From: a virus
DNA: 64,000 nt
IMG/VR virus record: IMGVR_UViG_3300040801_000905
Coordinates: 1-64,000 of that record
Strand: one strand, 5' to 3'
Shown here piece after piece: positions 62,661 to 64,000 of the stretch (positions are counted from its first letter, which is position 1; each line of letters starts with the position of its first letter). The position numbers were made by a program, and so were the translations under genes. Below the pieces are notes generated by a model. It ran no database searches. It saw only the letters and a program-made list of their open reading frames with translations, and was not told the DNA's origin.

Positions 62661-63577
62661 TGTGCCAAGCCTTTTTCTAGCGTTGACTTAACGTCCGTGT
62701 ACATTGATTGCGGAACAACCCTGATCCCGCTAGGAAAGCCTAAACTGTTGGCAATCCCGTTCATTGTTGCGGCTTGTGCTGCACGATTTACACCAGCCGC
62801 GTCCATAATATCCCTGAACTCTTTTAGCTGTTCTACAGTCAGCGTTTCCTTGTTCAGTTCGTTGACCGGAGTATTGTTTTCAAATTCCATTGGGTCTGTC
62901 CGGTCAACAGCTTCCATCATGGCAACCAAATTTGGATTGGTCATTTTGGGGAAATGCTTCCACGCTCTACGCAGAACGCTTTTTTTGTACATTTCCTCTC
63001 TAAAAGCACCCTTCCAAACAAACGGCACTTGGCCATTGTTCTTACGTGCGGCAGCATCACGACACCCTGAAAGGGCATTTCTGTCCATCACCTCAATGAT
63101 GGTTCGCCCACTTGTCAACCATGCAATACAGTAAGCATGAGTGACATCGCCGCGGTTTCCAGTAGCTTCTTCGTGCTGAATGTTACGTCCATCCTTGTCA
63201 GTGTAAACTTTGAATGTGTCCTTTTCACGCACAACACCACATTGGATTCCTTCAATCATTCCGGTGCGGTATGCAACTTGTTCCAGACCCATGTAGCTGG
63301 GGCTGGCAGTGCATTCCTTTCCATATGGGATAAGATAAGCTAAGCGCATTGCTGGGCTTAGCGTCAATCCCATTATCCCAAGATCAATCAACGCTCTTGA
63401 GATTGTCTGCGGATCACACTTTCTTATCTTGTCGTTGGTTCTATAAAGCTCCAACGCATAAGCAAGTTCAGTATTCCAATCCATCTCATCGTTGAGACGG
63501 ACGCGATTAAATTCACGGCAGCTGGCCCCTTTGCGGACCATCTGTTTGCGAACGTCTACCAAAGAATTATTAGTCAT
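62582..63577 (-). CDS. recT: RecT-family single-strand annealing protein
   Basis: 'RLAYLIPYGKECTASPSYMGLEQVAYRTGMIEGIQCGVVREKDTF' is the RecT core pattern. 331 aa. Confidence 0.85.
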   Translation of the reverse strand: MTNNSLVDVRKQMVRKGASCREFNRVRLNDEMDWNTELAYALELYRTNDKIRKCDPQTISRALIDLGIMGLTLSPAMRLAYLIPYGKECTASPSYMGLEQVAYRTGMIEGIQCGVVREKDTFKVYTDKDGRNIQHEEATGNRGDVTHAYCIAWLTSGRTIIEVMDRNALSGCRDAAARKNNGQVPFVWKGAFREEMYKKSVLRRAWKHFPKMTNPNLVAMMEAVDRTDPMEFENNTPVNELNKETLTVEQLKEFRDIMDAAGVNRAAQAATMNGIANSLGFPSGIRVVPQSMYTDVKSTLEKGLAQWKERSSHLGQSDSKQEENTAQRGAV

Positions 63578-63605
63578 TATGTGTTACCTCCATGATGATG
63601 TATCC

Positions 63606-63634
63606 ATTATAGCGCAAGGATTGCACTAGGGCAA
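63606..63634 (-). promoter_or_regulatory. sigma70-type promoter of the recT operon
   Basis: Minus strand reads TTGCCC (63629-34), a 17-nt spacer, then TATAAT (63606-11). It is followed by the CATCATCA-TGGAGGTAACAC leader. Confidence 0.6.
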
Positions 63635-63693
63635 CAGGTGCTGTGGATAACGATTCTTATATTATGAGAAAAGACGTTATTAAAATATGAGAA

Positions 63694-63720
63694 TAAAAAA
63701 ACCCCCTCCGAAGAGGGGGT
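63694..63720 (-). terminator. rho-independent terminator (leftward transcripts)
   Basis: ACCCCCTC pairs with GAGGGGGT over a cgaa loop. On the minus strand it is followed by T7 (the plus-strand A-run at 63694-63700). Confidence 0.75.
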
Positions 63721-63812
63721 TAGGCACACTCTCATCATCAAAGAGGGTACTGACTAATGTCTCGTTGGAAGACATCACGGCTAGTATACAAGATATTGTG
63801 TCGAAAAAGAAG

Positions 63813-63845
63813 AAACCCCCCAAGATGTGGGGGGTTTCATTTACT
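63813..63845. terminator. bidirectional rho-independent terminator
   Basis: AAACCCCCC pairs with GGGGGGTTT (63813-63837). T-rich tails lie on both strands. Confidence 0.7.
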
Positions 63846-64000
63846 GCTTGCAAGGCGTTGATCAAGACAGTAATGTAGATAGTGCGACCTAACCTACGAG
63901 GCAAATATATCACGTCCACCAGTCTTTGTCATACTTTCTCAGACATTATCGGACTGTATCGGACATCCTCGTAGACTAGATCGCCAGCCCGACACGCTGT

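Noticed and set aside
63680-63919. 79-aa minus-strand and 63-aa plus-strand ORFs in the right-end intergenic region
   Set aside because: They span two intrinsic terminator hairpins and homopolymer runs, so their sequences are dictated by the hairpins. There is no RBS.
1-64000. CRISPR arrays, rRNA genes, transposases/IS elements, integrase
   Set aside because: No regularly spaced direct repeats were seen. No rRNA-like sequence and no DDE, tyrosine-recombinase or serine-recombinase motifs appeared in any ORF translation.

Overview
The window reads as one dense bacteriophage genome segment, about 92% coding. The structural gene order is podovirus (T7-like), and there is no phage RNA polymerase in view. 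Left to right: (i) Replication and recombination genes on the + strand (nt 1-4815): SF2 helicase (5' end cut by the window), zinc-ribbon/Toprim primase, Ref-like HNH nuclease and SSB. (ii) TerS, a small HTH protein and TerL (4815-7340). (iii) A 6.7-kb accessory island between TerL and portal (7319-14083). It holds a reverse-strand two-gene cassette with a Cys/His peptidase-like protein, back-to-back near-consensus sigma70 promoters, a 291-aa unknown, a DUF932 protein, a 475-nt ORF-free structured region with a tRNA-like T-arm/acceptor/CCA end, many small ORFs and a RusA-like resolvase. (iv) A roughly 48-kb translationally coupled late block (13058-61496). It holds portal, two lysine-rich mini-proteins, a ClpX-zinc-finger-like protein, scaffold, major capsid, gp11/gp12-like tail tube proteins, and about 20 kb of fibre/spike genes with an embedded GNAT and a CxxCxxCC (YkgJ/FliB-type) protein. 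It ends with a lysis cassette (M15 endolysin, DUF1353, lipoprotein), internal-virion-like proteins and a single 12.5-kb gene (4172 aa). That gene has an ART-like domain, an internally duplicated module and a large C-terminal hydrophobic domain. (v) A convergent minus-strand RecE-like exonuclease/RecT operon with its own promoter and upstream terminators. No integrase, CRISPR array, rRNA or complete tRNA was found. The best candidates for new biology are the giant mosaic virion protein, the tRNA-like noncoding element, the reverse-strand peptidase cassette and a conserved CATCATCA-SD leader motif. All functional calls come from motifs read by eye in the translations. No database search was run.
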